A stretch of DNA of 64,000 nucleotides, from contig JANNXD010000073.1 of assembly GCA_031409375.1 (NCBI GenBank), positions 3,486 to 67,485 of the forward strand, written 5' to 3'. The position numbers and the translations under genes were made by a program. This DNA is from Gammaproteobacteria bacterium. Lineage in GTDB: Bacteria > Pseudomonadota > Gammaproteobacteria > Pseudomonadales > JANQJO01. Within the stretch, counting starts at the first letter, position 1. Each line of letters starts with the position of its first letter. Under the pieces are notes generated by a model that was given only the letters and a program-made list of their open reading frames with translations, was not told the origin of the DNA and made no database searches. Below are positions 17,537-29,922 of the stretch, one piece after another.

Positions 17537-18411
17537 GCCTGCCAAATCATCCCGGCTGGTTGCAATAACTGCGCATGACTCATCGCAAAAAAACAGGCTT
17601 GCTGCAAACTGTCTTGCTGGTTATACCGATACGGCTTGAGCTCGGCATCTACCACCAGCCCGCCTAAGCCATTTAATAACGCATCACCAGCCGCCACATC
17701 CCATTCACAAATACTGGAAAATCGCGGATATAAATGCGAACGACCATGCAATAGGTCGGCAAATTTTACCGCGCCACTACAAGGCACTGGCTGGACTACT
17801 ATCGGCAACTGTGCAATAAAATTCGCTTGCCGTTGTTGCACTACCCTGGATTGATAACGACTGATGGCCAAGCCCAAAAGCTTATCGGGCAAAGCCATTG
17901 CACTTAAACTTTGCAGCGGCTGCAAACCATCGGCAAAGTGTTGACAATATACGCCCATCCCTGGCCCGCCCCAGTAGTAGCGTTGTTGTGCCGGCAAAAT
18001 CAGCAACCCAAAAATCGGACGCTGGCAGTCAATCAACGCAATATTAACGCTGAATTCAGCCGTTTTTTGAATAAAATCTCGTGTGCCATCGAGCGGATCA
18101 ACCAACCAATACTGCGACCATAACTGCCGCTGCGCCCAATCCACAATATCGCCTTCTTCCGAAATGATCGGAACACCCGGCAGTAGCTGGACAAGCGCCT
18201 CATTAATCAGTTGATGCGCAGCAAAATCCGCCGAAGTGACCGGGCTACCATCGGGCTTATGCTGCACATCCAAAGGCAATTGCCCAGCATGATAGGCCAT
18301 GAGCATGGCTGATACCGTTGCCGCTAACATCTGCACTTGTTGTTGCCAATCGGTTGATAAGCACATTTTAATGAACGCTTGCTGTCTGGGATTTTGCCCG
18401 GGATCTCTCAT
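17485..18411 (-). CDS. cysQ: 3'(2'),5'-bisphosphate nucleotidase
   Basis: ISEE, WLVDPLDGTRDF and WDVAAGDALL are inositol-monophosphatase-superfamily motifs in the CysQ arrangement. The probable start is the internal ATG at 18366. The 3' end overlaps engB by 52 bp (convergent). Confidence 0.8.
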   Translation of the reverse strand: MRDPGQNPRQQAFIKMCLSTDWQQQVQMLAATVSAMLMAYHAGQLPLDVQHKPDGSPVTSADFAAHQLINEALVQLLPGVPIISEEGDIVDWAQRQLWSQYWLVDPLDGTRDFIQKTAEFSVNIALIDCQRPIFGLLILPAQQRYYWGGPGMGVYCQHFADGLQPLQSLSAMALPDKLLGLAISRYQSRVVQQRQANFIAQLPIVVQPVPCSGAVKFADLLHGRSHLYPRFSSICEWDVAAGDALLNGLGGLVVDAELKPYRYNQQDSLQQACFFAMSHAQLLQPAGMIWQAQVAGLSVDELGVAVAD

Positions 18412-18477
18412 ACCAACCTTAAAAAATTTTTTATGCTGAAAAAAATAGGGTATCTCTGTTCGTTTTATCGATCAATT

Positions 18478-20028
18478 TTATCGACCTTTAAAGATTGAAC
18501 CCATTACCCCGCGCAGCACCTGCCGGCCAACCTCGCGCCCAATCGCACTGGCCGCTGACTTGACCAATTGCTCACCTGGCGTCATGCGGCTACCTTTGGC
18601 GCCGCCGCCAAAGATACTCCCTAACCCGTTAACAACTGAACCCAAGAAACCACCCGCTTCGGATGCCTTATCGGTATTTGTCTGCGAAGCATTACCGCCC
18701 GCATGCACTTGTTGATGTGGCGAAGCCTTATCTGGCATTTGAGCAGCCGCTCTACCGATCAACTTTTCATAAGCCGATTCTCGATCCAGTTTTTTTTCGT
18801 ATACACCTGCAACGATAGAGCTGGTCATCAATGCTATACGCTGTTCATGGGTAATCGCGCCAATCTGCGAGGCGGGCGGCACAACGAATACCCGCTCCGT
18901 CACGCTCGGGCTGCCTTTTTCGTCCAACAAACTCATCAAGGCTTCTCCAACAGCTAACTCCGTTATCGCTGTCTCGATATCCAGTTTTGGGTTTTGCCGC
19001 ATTGTCTCTGCCGTTGCTTTGACCGCCTTTTGATCGCGAGGTGTGAAAGCGCGTAGCGCATGTTGGATACGATTGCCCAGCTGGGCGAGTACCGAGTCGG
19101 GTACATCGAGCGGATTTTGTGTCACAAAATACACACCTACTCCTTTGGAGCGTACCAAGCGAATAATAAGCTCAATCCGCTCTAGTAGAACCTTAGGCGC
19201 ATCCGCAAACAACAAATGGGCTTCATCAAAAAAGAAGACCAATTTGGGCTTCTCTAAATCGCCAACTTCAGGCAGTGTTTCATAGATTTCGGCAAGCAAC
19301 CACAGCAAAAAGGTGGCATACAAACGCGGCGCTTGCATCAATTTGTCGGCGGCTAGAATGTTGATCACGCCTTTGCCGTTCGAATCCGTTTGTATCATGT
19401 CATCGAGATTCAGGATCGGTTCGCCAAAAAACTCGGTTCCTCCCTGCGCTTCGATTTGCAACAAACCGCGCTGAATGGCACCAATGCTCGCAGCACTCAC
19501 GTTGCCGTATTCAGTCGTCAATTCGCTGCTGTGTTCGCCCACATACTGGCACATGGCGCGCAAATCTTTCATGTCTAATAAAAGTAGACCTTGGTCATCC
19601 GCCAGCTTAAATACGATTTGTAAAACGCCTGCCTGCGTTTCGTTGAGGTTCAACATACGAGAGAGCAGCAGCGGCCCCAGATCGGACACAGTGGCGCGTA
19701 GCGGATGTCCAGATTTGCCAAATACATCCCATAGAGTGGTTGGGAAAGCCGATGTGACGGGCATTTCTAGCCCTCGGTCCTTGAGCACTGCCAGAAGCTT
19801 TGGACTTGGATTTCCTAGCTGTGAGAGCCCCGCCAAGTCACCCTTCACGTCCGCCATAAAAACGGGAACGCCTGAATGAGAAAATCCTTCCGCTAATGTT
19901 TGTAAGGTAACGGTTTTGCCCGTTCCCGTTGCGCCTGTGATAAGACCATGGCGATTGGCTTTATCGAGTCGGAACTCACACTTCGCCTCCCCTTGCTGGG
20001 CAATTAAAAAAGTACTCACTATGGTCAT
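18478..20028 (-). CDS. DUF853 / HerA-like ATPase (YjgR family)
   Basis: RHGLITGATGTGKTVTLQTLAEGFSHSGVPVFMADVKGDL (Walker A) and VFFFDEAHLLF (Walker B). Confidence 0.85.
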   Translation of the reverse strand: MTIVSTFLIAQQGEAKCEFRLDKANRHGLITGATGTGKTVTLQTLAEGFSHSGVPVFMADVKGDLAGLSQLGNPSPKLLAVLKDRGLEMPVTSAFPTTLWDVFGKSGHPLRATVSDLGPLLLSRMLNLNETQAGVLQIVFKLADDQGLLLLDMKDLRAMCQYVGEHSSELTTEYGNVSAASIGAIQRGLLQIEAQGGTEFFGEPILNLDDMIQTDSNGKGVINILAADKLMQAPRLYATFLLWLLAEIYETLPEVGDLEKPKLVFFFDEAHLLFADAPKVLLERIELIIRLVRSKGVGVYFVTQNPLDVPDSVLAQLGNRIQHALRAFTPRDQKAVKATAETMRQNPKLDIETAITELAVGEALMSLLDEKGSPSVTERVFVVPPASQIGAITHEQRIALMTSSIVAGVYEKKLDRESAYEKLIGRAAAQMPDKASPHQQVHAGGNASQTNTDKASEAGGFLGSVVNGLGSIFGGGAKGSRMTPGEQLVKSAASAIGREVGRQVLRGVMGSIFKGR

Positions 20029-20251
20029 GGGATTTTCCTAGGTTTAATTTCAGTCCGCTAGAGTTTAAACTGCGCGTCACTCAAATTCATCAATCAACTT
20101 TTTTAAGAGACTTTTTTAAAAGATTTTTTGATTTTTAACAGACTTTTCATTTTGAAACTTATAGCTTGAGCATTCGTTTTATTCCCTGAATCGAATTTCG
20201 TTACTGGGAAAGCGCCAGTGCTATAGACTTTCACATCACACATGAGGTTTT

Positions 20252-20929
20252 ATGACGGTCAATTGGTCGCAGGTTAACTTGGTGCTGCTGGATATGGACG
20301 GCACGCTGCTGGACCTGCATTACGACAACTACTTTTGGCTTCAGCATCTGCCCAAGCGCTACGCCGACATTCATGGCTTAACCCTGGCGAAGGCGGAGGC
20401 GTTTTTAACAGCACGCATTGAAGCCACACGAGGGCAACTGCATTGGTACTGTATCGATGCCTGGGCGAATTATTTACAGTTGGATCTGAACACGCTCAAG
20501 CAAGAAACCGCGCATTTGATTCGCTTGCGACCCGATACCGAAACGTTTCTGCAACGTTTGCAGCAGTTACAACTGCCTTTTGTGCTCGCCACCAACGCGC
20601 ATCCCCACTCGGTGAAATTAAAATTTTCCCACACCAATCTGTCGAAATATTTTTGCGATCCTGAGTCCATCATCAGCGCCCATGATCTCGGCGCGGCCAA
20701 AGAAGCCCCTGAATTTTGGCAAGCGCTGCAACAGCAACTGGATTTTAATCCGACGCATACGCTGTTTATTGATGACAATTTATCGGTGCTCACCCAAGCC
20801 AAAGCCTTTGGCATTGGTCAGGTGATCGCCGTTGCCAATCCTGACAGTCAACAACCGGCACGCTTGCTACCGGGCTTTACGAATATCCATGACTTCTCCG
20901 AGTTATTCAGCCAACAGGTCGATCATTAG
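20252..20929 (+). CDS. yrfG: HAD family GMP/IMP nucleotidase YrfG-like
   Basis: LVLLDMDGTLLDLHYDNYFW, LHWYCIDAWANYL, LATNAHPHS and LFIDD closely parallel E. coli YrfG. Confidence 0.8.
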   Translation: MTVNWSQVNLVLLDMDGTLLDLHYDNYFWLQHLPKRYADIHGLTLAKAEAFLTARIEATRGQLHWYCIDAWANYLQLDLNTLKQETAHLIRLRPDTETFLQRLQQLQLPFVLATNAHPHSVKLKFSHTNLSKYFCDPESIISAHDLGAAKEAPEFWQALQQQLDFNPTHTLFIDDNLSVLTQAKAFGIGQVIAVANPDSQQPARLLPGFTNIHDFSELFSQQVDH

Positions 20930-22902
<1,973 letters not shown>

Positions 22903-23028
22903 GGTGAAAAATTTTCAAATGCCATTTTGCATTTAAGCGAGTAGCATCAATACCCAATCGGGTACCGTGGCAACGCCGTAGCCAAAGCTGCTATACCCAT
23001 AGCGTCAACGAACTCGGGGCTAGAAATC

Positions 23029-23598
23029 ATGCATCTAAAAGCACTCTTTATCTATGGTTCATCCGAAGGGCATACTTCCAAAATCACGCACTACCTTGCT
23101 CAACAAGCACGCAATCTGGGCTGTGAAACGCAATTAAAAAATATTGCTGCTTTACGAGATTTAACGGCTTTACAACGTTTTTTGGTTCACGCCGATTGCA
23201 TTATTATTGGCGCCTCCGTACATTTGGGACAACATCAACTAAAAATTAAGCAGCTATTAAAAGATCAGAAAGCGCTCATCAAAACCAAACCCACGGTTTT
23301 TTTTTCGGTGAGCCTAATGGCCGCCAGTAGCCATGAAAAGGATCGCGATCTGGCGCGACAACAAGCTTTAGACTTTGTACAAACGAACGACTGGAAACCC
23401 GAACAAGTTTGGACGGTTCCAGGTGCGCTGCAATACACGCGTTATAACTGGCTCACGCGCTTGCTTATGAAATGGATGGTACAAAAACACCATGGCGATA
23501 TCGATACTTCTCGCGATTACGTTTATACCGATTGGATAGATTTAGAAAATAAATTAATGCACTTCTTGACGAATGTCGCGAAGACACAAATTAACTAA
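23029..23598 (+). CDS. hemG: Flavodoxin-like protoporphyrinogen IX dehydrogenase (HemG-like)
   Basis: It is co-linear with E. coli HemG: ALFIYGSSEGHTSKI, IIIGASVHLGQH, GALQYTRYNWLTRLLMKWM and YVYTDW. Confidence 0.75.
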   Translation: MHLKALFIYGSSEGHTSKITHYLAQQARNLGCETQLKNIAALRDLTALQRFLVHADCIIIGASVHLGQHQLKIKQLLKDQKALIKTKPTVFFSVSLMAASSHEKDRDLARQQALDFVQTNDWKPEQVWTVPGALQYTRYNWLTRLLMKWMVQKHHGDIDTSRDYVYTDWIDLENKLMHFLTNVAKTQIN

Positions 23599-23649
23599 GT
23601 ACTAACAACAATCACCACAATAAAACCATCAGTTTTTTAAGGTTTTTTT

Positions 23650-24324
23650 ATGCCATTAAACCGTTTAAACGGTGTTAGCGATTCATATCGTCAACATTAT
23701 GCTGCCGCTAACACTCCACACAATAGCCGTGCTGAAGCGGGTCGCATGCCCCAAGTGCGCGCGGCTTATCTTGCACCCAGTAATCCCGCTTATACCGTGA
23801 TTCACAGTATGAGAGATCCAAGGCCAATGAGCCCGCCCCCCTCTCTTTTTACTGAGCAATATTTAGAAGGTATCGCATCGCATACTGCTAAAAGTACGGC
23901 GCAAGCTGTACAAGCGCAAGATACGGCATGCATTGCAAGCCCCTATCTGCCCGAAAGTCCCGAGGATGATGCGCTAGGACTGCTGCATCTGATCGATCAA
24001 AAACCACACCTAAATCCTCAGCATCATGTTTCAATACCTGCGCCAGCTGTTCAGGACGCAACCCTACCCTATCTGCCCGAAAAGCTAGAAGATGATGCAC
24101 TATGGCACCTGCATTTTATTTATCTACAACAAATTCACCCGTCTCTTCAGCATAATGATTCTGTACCCGCGCAAGCTGAATCACCGCATGAGGCTCTCGA
24201 TGCGAATAAACAAGAACTGTTCGACATAAACAACCATGATGATGTTCAGTCGGACCAATACGTTCTTCAATCAGAAGAGCTAGATGCAATTGAATGGCTA
24301 TCAAACGAGCTTAAGAATGGTTGA
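23650..24324 (+). CDS. Hypothetical protein with a 42-aa tandem repeat
   Basis: PYLPE(S/K)xEDDALxxLHxI occurs twice. At DNA level the 16-mer CCCTATCTGCCCGAAA occurs at 23941 and 24067, 126 bp apart. I recognise no family. Confidence 0.5.
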   Translation: MPLNRLNGVSDSYRQHYAAANTPHNSRAEAGRMPQVRAAYLAPSNPAYTVIHSMRDPRPMSPPPSLFTEQYLEGIASHTAKSTAQAVQAQDTACIASPYLPESPEDDALGLLHLIDQKPHLNPQHHVSIPAPAVQDATLPYLPEKLEDDALWHLHFIYLQQIHPSLQHNDSVPAQAESPHEALDANKQELFDINNHDDVQSDQYVLQSEELDAIEWLSNELKNG

Positions 24325-24351
24325 CCGCCTTGTACAACAAAACTGGTGCAA

Positions 24352-26247
24352 TTAGAAACGATCACCTCGTAGATTTTTAACCCTCATAAACAAATAATCC
24401 GCACTCACCTGATGAGGGGGGATCATATCGCCAATCACGGCATGGATACGAGCACCCAACTTTTTTGGAATCTTCCGAAAAGCGCCTTTTCCAGAACGAC
24501 TAAAAAAGCTACCCCATAATCCACAAAGTGCAATCGGCACAACAGGTACCGGAGTGGTTTGGATAATTTGCTCGATGCCTTTTTTAAACTCATTCATTTC
24601 ACCGTTGAGCGTAATTTTTCCTTCTGGAAAAATGGCCAGTAGATCACCGGCTTCTAATGCAGTAGCGATTTCTATAAAAGCTCGTTGAAAAGTTGCTGAA
24701 TCCACATGACGCGAATGAATCGGAATGGCTTTACCGGTACGAAAAATAAAATTGAGCACCGGAATATCATAAATCGGTTTAAACATCACAAAACGAATCG
24801 GCCTGGGTGTGATGCCGGCTAAGATCAACGCATCCACATAACTGACATGATTGCAGACGATAACCGCCGCACCATGCTCGGGAATTTTCTCCACACCATC
24901 AATGCGAATACGATAAAAACTGTGCATCAATGCCCATACCAAAAAGCGCATCGCAAACTCTGGCACCCGATTAAAAATATAAATCGCCACCAGCAAATTC
25001 AATAGCGCGAGCACACCCAGAAAAGTGGGGATGGATAACTGAGCAATGCCTAACCCCACTACACCCAAGAGTGCTGCCAGCACCATAAAAATGGCATTCA
25101 TAATATTGTTAGCAGCAATCATTTGTGCGCGATCACGCTCCTCAGCTTGTTGCTGCAACATAGCATACAAAGGCACGATGTAAAAACCACCAAAAACACC
25201 CAAACCAAAAAAATCCACCACCACTCGCCAGCTCGCCGAATGCGACAGCATTTCACGAAAATTCTGCAATGTGATGGGCATAGAAGCAGTGGGCATAAAA
25301 ACATCACCAGCCCACCATAAATCCAGACCAAAAAAACTTAACCCCAATGCACCAAAAGGTACTAAACCAATTTCCACTTTTTTACCGGATAAGCGTTCAC
25401 ACAACAAGGAGCCACATGCCACACCGAAGGTGAACATGCATAACAATAAAGTGACCACCGTGTTATCGCCTAATAACACAGCTTTGGTATAAGTCGGAAT
25501 TTGCGTTAAATAAGCGGCACCCAATAACCAAAACCAAGAAATGCCGAGAATAATTAAAAACACCGTTTTATTATGTTTGGCTTTACCTAATAAACGAAAA
25601 GTTAACGTAAACCAATTGCCGGGAATATAACTGGCGACGCCCAAGGATGGCGCCGGTGGAATGTAGCGACTGGCCAAATAACCACTCACTGAAAAAAACA
25701 GCACACACACTGCCAGCGCCCATTCAGCATGCGGCAAACTGATCAGCAGCCCACCCACCAAAGTACCGAATAAAATGGCAACAAAGGTACCCATTTCGAC
25801 CAGTGCATTGCCTCCCAACAATTCTTGTGAACCTAGATGCTGCGGCAGCAATGCATACTTAACCGGGCCAAAAAAAGCCGCTTGGGTTCCAAGTAAAAAC
25901 AGCACTAGCAACATGCCCCATAGGCTCTGCAACATAAAGGCCAGCACACCCACCAACATCACCAAGATTTCAGCAAATTTTACGCGCCGCATAATGGCCG
26001 ATTTTTCATAGCGATCCGCCCACACGCCTGCCATGGCTGAAAACAAAAAAAACGGTAGTATAAAAAGGCCTGCAGCAACATTTACCCATATTGCGGTATG
26101 TTCACCAATCATCGCCACACCCGAAAACGTCATCCACACAATCAGCGTATTTTTAAACACATTATCGTTAAAGGCACCGGTGAACTGTGCAATAAAAAAT
26201 GGCAAAAAACGCCGATTTTTTAACAGAGAGAACTGGTTATGACTCAT
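24352..26247 (-). CDS. Lysophospholipid transporter (LplT-like MFS) fused to a PlsC-type acyltransferase
   Basis: About 12 TM segments of MFS type in the N-terminal part. The C-terminal part has VCNHVSYVDALIL (HX4D acyltransferase motif) and IFPEGK. Confidence 0.8.
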   Translation of the reverse strand: MSHNQFSLLKNRRFLPFFIAQFTGAFNDNVFKNTLIVWMTFSGVAMIGEHTAIWVNVAAGLFILPFFLFSAMAGVWADRYEKSAIMRRVKFAEILVMLVGVLAFMLQSLWGMLLVLFLLGTQAAFFGPVKYALLPQHLGSQELLGGNALVEMGTFVAILFGTLVGGLLISLPHAEWALAVCVLFFSVSGYLASRYIPPAPSLGVASYIPGNWFTLTFRLLGKAKHNKTVFLIILGISWFWLLGAAYLTQIPTYTKAVLLGDNTVVTLLLCMFTFGVACGSLLCERLSGKKVEIGLVPFGALGLSFFGLDLWWAGDVFMPTASMPITLQNFREMLSHSASWRVVVDFFGLGVFGGFYIVPLYAMLQQQAEERDRAQMIAANNIMNAIFMVLAALLGVVGLGIAQLSIPTFLGVLALLNLLVAIYIFNRVPEFAMRFLVWALMHSFYRIRIDGVEKIPEHGAAVIVCNHVSYVDALILAGITPRPIRFVMFKPIYDIPVLNFIFRTGKAIPIHSRHVDSATFQRAFIEIATALEAGDLLAIFPEGKITLNGEMNEFKKGIEQIIQTTPVPVVPIALCGLWGSFFSRSGKGAFRKIPKKLGARIHAVIGDMIPPHQVSADYLFMRVKNLRGDRF

Positions 26248-26373
26248 AGAATTGACTCGAAGTTAAACGAAACTGCTACTAAGCTTAGATCAGTACACCC
26301 GTAAAATGACAGATTGAATCTTCTTGGCCTTCAGCGCGATAATGTGCTGAAGTTAACTACCACAGCGACTCAT

Positions 26374-27270
26374 ATGATGACAACCACAATCCCCACTGAT
26401 GATTTCAAACTGAGCGCTGAAGACCGTCTGTTTAAAAACGCTGGGCCTGTTACCTCGACGCCGACGCAAGCGAAAACACCAAAAACAACTGTTATTTTAT
26501 TCACACTAGTCATCGGTCTGTGCGTCAGTCAAGCCTGGCTATGGCAGCACATGACCAACCAGAATCAAGAGACTTCACATAAAGTCAATTCACTACAATC
26601 CACTCTCGAAAATTCACGCACGCAAGTTGGCATCATCGATCAACAGCTCAATGAAACTTTTTTACAGGGCTCGTCACAAATAAAATTATTAGCTGAAAAA
26701 ATTGTGCAACTGGAAAAGTATCAAGCTGCACTGCCAACCATTACGGTAGAACCCACGACCGATCCATCTTCCACTGTCGTGCAAACACTATCGATTAAAG
26801 TTGATGAAGTCACGACGAATTACAAAGCATTACAACAAGCGCAAGTTCAACTTGAAAAAGTGCAAAGTGAATTACAACAAGACTTGACCACCTTAAAAGC
26901 CGCTAGCAGCGCCTTTCAATCCGCACAAACGGAACAGCAAACGTTAACCAGCAAACTGGAAGATCTGACACAACAAGTGAGCGATCTAAAATCGCTAACA
27001 CAAACTCAACAACAAAACGAGCAATCGCTGCAATCACTAGAGTCCCATCTAAAAACCGTCCAATCTAATGTGCAAGAACTGACGTTACAGGTTTCGACTT
27101 TGGCCGATGATACGACGCCTTCAACGAACGCCGCTGCAGCTGCCACCAACTCAGACGAAGCAACACGCAGTTTGGATTTATATCGCCAACAAGTAAATGA
27201 ACGTTTGGATCAACTCACCGAAACGGTCAGAAAACTAAAATACCCACAATCAGGGCAAGCAAATCCTTAA
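26374..27270 (+). CDS. Membrane-anchored Gln-rich coiled-coil protein, function unknown
   Basis: One N-terminal TM segment (TTVILFTLVIGLCVSQAWLW) followed by long heptad-like Q/L/T-rich sequence. The ATG at 26374 is preferred over the TTG at 26314. Confidence 0.55.
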   Translation: MMTTTIPTDDFKLSAEDRLFKNAGPVTSTPTQAKTPKTTVILFTLVIGLCVSQAWLWQHMTNQNQETSHKVNSLQSTLENSRTQVGIIDQQLNETFLQGSSQIKLLAEKIVQLEKYQAALPTITVEPTTDPSSTVVQTLSIKVDEVTTNYKALQQAQVQLEKVQSELQQDLTTLKAASSAFQSAQTEQQTLTSKLEDLTQQVSDLKSLTQTQQQNEQSLQSLESHLKTVQSNVQELTLQVSTLADDTTPSTNAAAAATNSDEATRSLDLYRQQVNERLDQLTETVRKLKYPQSGQANP

Positions 27271-27392
27271 CAAGCCGCGACAAACTCAAGTGACGATACA
27301 GCGTATTGCGAATCAATCGATCCATAGGCCGTGAAAAAACGTCTAGGCCCATTTAAAAACATTAGCATCACCTTTAGTCGAGCTTGCGTTTG

Positions 27393-27650
27393 ATGCAAGC
27401 TTACGCCGGAAGTCGGTATCAATCGATACCCAAAAGAAGCGTAATCGCCTTGATGTCTGCTTTGGCTTATTTTGTGATTCCAATGGATGCCAGTCCTGAT
27501 TTTATTACTGGCATCGGTTTATTCGATGACATGGCATTACTGAGGTGAGTACTGAAATCCATTAAAACGGATTTAGATAAATTTCAACAATCGGAACCAC
27601 AATTTAATACGGTAGAAGAACCGAATGCATTAGATAAAAATGACCAGTAA
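27393..27650 (+). pseudogene. DUF1232 (YkvA-like) gene remnant interrupted by an in-frame TGA
   Basis: ALAYFVIPMDASPDFITGIGLFDDMALLR matches the DUF1232 core. A TGA at 27546-27548 is followed in the same frame by VLKSIKTDLDKF... up to the TAA at 27648-27650. The N-terminal part appears frameshifted or truncated. Confidence 0.45.
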
Positions 27651-27720
27651 AAAAAATGGGTTGCCATTGCTTTGGCAACCCATCTCTGAAAAACCAACCA
27701 GTAAAATTAATTACCGTATT

Positions 27721-29922
27721 TTAGCTGTTGATTTCCAGCGCAAACGATGCGGTTTCCCAATAATCGTAGCCAGTTATACGACCACTGCCGGTATAGTGTT
27801 TTGCAGCTACATGAAGCGTGACACTGAATGTACATTTATTCAGGACTACTGTGCTGCTATCTGGTAATGTTTTGGTCAGCATGGTTTGAAATGTTTCGCT
27901 GCCAGAAGCCACTGCGCCACCTGTTTCGCCAACATCCGTATGATTGTTGCCGCCTGAGGGCGCTGCACCTAATGAACCTGTGCTGCCATTTAAACCGCGC
28001 TGCCACGAAATGCCGTATTGGTACATAAACGAATTACTATCACCATTGCCCGCATGTTCAACACCGTGAACATGATAGGCTCGCATTCCAATTGCAAAGG
28101 TGGTGCTGTTACTGCCGGTCATATACTGACATTCCGCCGTATTGGCAATACCATTTTTGCGCAGATCAACTATGTCGCCTCCCACCGGGGTGTTATCCAC
28201 CCAGAAAATATGGGCAGCATCGGCAAAAGGTACTGGGTCAGTATCTACAGATGAAGCCCAACGGCGGAATTGGAAATTCTGTGCAGTACCAGGGCCACTG
28301 GCACCATTAGGCTTAATGCGATTACCAGCACCATCAAATACTTCAATGACCAACATATATTTGCCATCGGGGAATTTAGTTTGCGCGGTATTCCAGTATT
28401 GATGGAATTGTCCACTCAAATAAAGATGGTTGGGTGAATTCCAATAAGGCACTTTAAATAAATCAGTTTCAGTGCCGACTGTATTGGGTCCTAGGGTTTC
28501 AGGGGCACGCACAACATCTCCAGAAATATAAAGGAATTTATCCCAAGTGACCGTATCATTTAATACCATCGGTGCGCCAACCGCTGCGCCCAGTTCATTC
28601 ACGGCAAAAACTTTTAGTCGGTAATATTTAACGATGGGCTCCAATTCGGGTGAAAACCACAGGCGTAGTCCTAAGCTTGAGCCCCACGGGCAATCAGGCG
28701 CGTAAAAAGTGGTAAAGGTTCCATCATTGGCATCCAACGCAGCGACGTGTGACACAGCCGTTTGTGTCGGGAAATTAAAGTGGAAGCTACCATAGTCGCC
28801 AATATGTTCGAGCATCACGAATGGTAGGCCATCATTAGGTGGCGTATCACCAGGACCGTCGGCGCAGACTCGTGCTCGTGGGTTATAGACGCTGATGGTC
28901 GCCGATCCACTCGTATTAAAATACTGATGTGCGGCGATACCGTCATAAACAATTGTCCACTTACCATCGATCATTTGCTTAACTTTATAGGCATAAGTCG
29001 TGGTGCAATGGTGGCGATAAGGAGCTCGTAGATAGCAAAAATCAAAATTCCCACCCGGTTGAATAAAAGTTTCACCAACTTTTTGCACTGAGCAATTACA
29101 AAAAAGTGGGTAAAGATAATCACGCTCCATTACATAATATCGCGCATCCTCACTGGACATGTTACGCAATGCCAAATAATCCTGGTGCAGGTTTTGTGGT
29201 GGAATGGCACTAAAATCGATAGCGGTTTTACGGGCTTGAATATCACGCGCTTTGGATTTTAATAACAGCGGCGTGAAGGACGCAGGATCCGGGCCAGGAA
29301 TCGGGTCCGGAAAAGGCTCTGGTAAGGGTATTGGTAAGTAATCAAGAATATCATGTAGTTTGTCGATCAAGTCGGGAATATGAATGTGATGGCAACAGCA
29401 AACACGCTCATAAATTTCGATAATACCATCGCAAATCGGTTGGCAATTTAATGGAAAAATCAAATGAGGTTGTATTTCTGCAGTAATGGATTTAATTCGT
29501 GTTGTTTGTGCAAGTTGAAACATGGGAGCTAACTGAATTTCATTTAATATGTCCCAATACCATGGCCGACATTTTTGTACACTTCCGGTGACGCAAACAT
29601 AACTTAAGTGCAGGCGGCTCCAATTCTCTGGTGCTAATACAAGGCCTTCCTTGCGCCATGCTTCCAGTTTTTGATCAACGCGGTACAGCGTTAAACTCTC
29701 TTTCGGTAAGGTTTTGAAATCTTCAACTTCAGGACCAATCGCAACTACATTAGCTGAGCTGATATCCAGTTTTAAAAGCTTGCCATCATAGCTTCCAAGT
29801 TTACTTATTGGCTTGCCGGAGGTGTCAATTTGATAAGCTGCGAAGCGAGGTATTGCATCATTTTCATCAAAATCTACAAAAGTTACTTTAAGCTCGATGG
29901 GTTTTTCATTCCGTGACGACAT
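27721..29922 (-). CDS. Orphan 733-aa Cys-rich cytoplasmic protein, function unknown
   Basis: Long uninterrupted ORF. The ATG at 29922 has GGGAG 7 nt upstream. There is no signal peptide. It contains a CCCHHIH cluster and a Pro-rich linker, LPIPLPEPFPDPIPGPDP. I recognise no family. Confidence 0.6.
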   Translation of the reverse strand: MSSRNEKPIELKVTFVDFDENDAIPRFAAYQIDTSGKPISKLGSYDGKLLKLDISSANVVAIGPEVEDFKTLPKESLTLYRVDQKLEAWRKEGLVLAPENWSRLHLSYVCVTGSVQKCRPWYWDILNEIQLAPMFQLAQTTRIKSITAEIQPHLIFPLNCQPICDGIIEIYERVCCCHHIHIPDLIDKLHDILDYLPIPLPEPFPDPIPGPDPASFTPLLLKSKARDIQARKTAIDFSAIPPQNLHQDYLALRNMSSEDARYYVMERDYLYPLFCNCSVQKVGETFIQPGGNFDFCYLRAPYRHHCTTTYAYKVKQMIDGKWTIVYDGIAAHQYFNTSGSATISVYNPRARVCADGPGDTPPNDGLPFVMLEHIGDYGSFHFNFPTQTAVSHVAALDANDGTFTTFYAPDCPWGSSLGLRLWFSPELEPIVKYYRLKVFAVNELGAAVGAPMVLNDTVTWDKFLYISGDVVRAPETLGPNTVGTETDLFKVPYWNSPNHLYLSGQFHQYWNTAQTKFPDGKYMLVIEVFDGAGNRIKPNGASGPGTAQNFQFRRWASSVDTDPVPFADAAHIFWVDNTPVGGDIVDLRKNGIANTAECQYMTGSNSTTFAIGMRAYHVHGVEHAGNGDSNSFMYQYGISWQRGLNGSTGSLGAAPSGGNNHTDVGETGGAVASGSETFQTMLTKTLPDSSTVVLNKCTFSVTLHVAAKHYTGSGRITGYDYWETASFALEINS

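Noticed and set aside
18478-20028. The HerA-like ATPase read as part of a defence or conjugation system.
   Set aside because: Its sequence pattern matches the widely conserved stand-alone DUF853/YjgR family. Its neighbours (cysQ, yrfG) are housekeeping genes, and there is no NurA- or Sir2-type partner.
20040-20251. T-rich repeated motifs (AGACTTTTT, AGATTTTTT) in the divergent intergenic region, read as a specific regulatory array.
   Set aside because: They are short, imperfect and AT-rich, so they are indistinguishable from generic curved promoter DNA without comparative data.
27546-27548. The in-frame TGA in the DUF1232 remnant read as selenocysteine or programmed readthrough.
   Set aside because: I saw no SECIS-like hairpin immediately downstream. 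The N-terminal part of the gene is also disrupted and it sits in a decaying islet, so a nonsense mutation in a pseudogene is the simpler reading.
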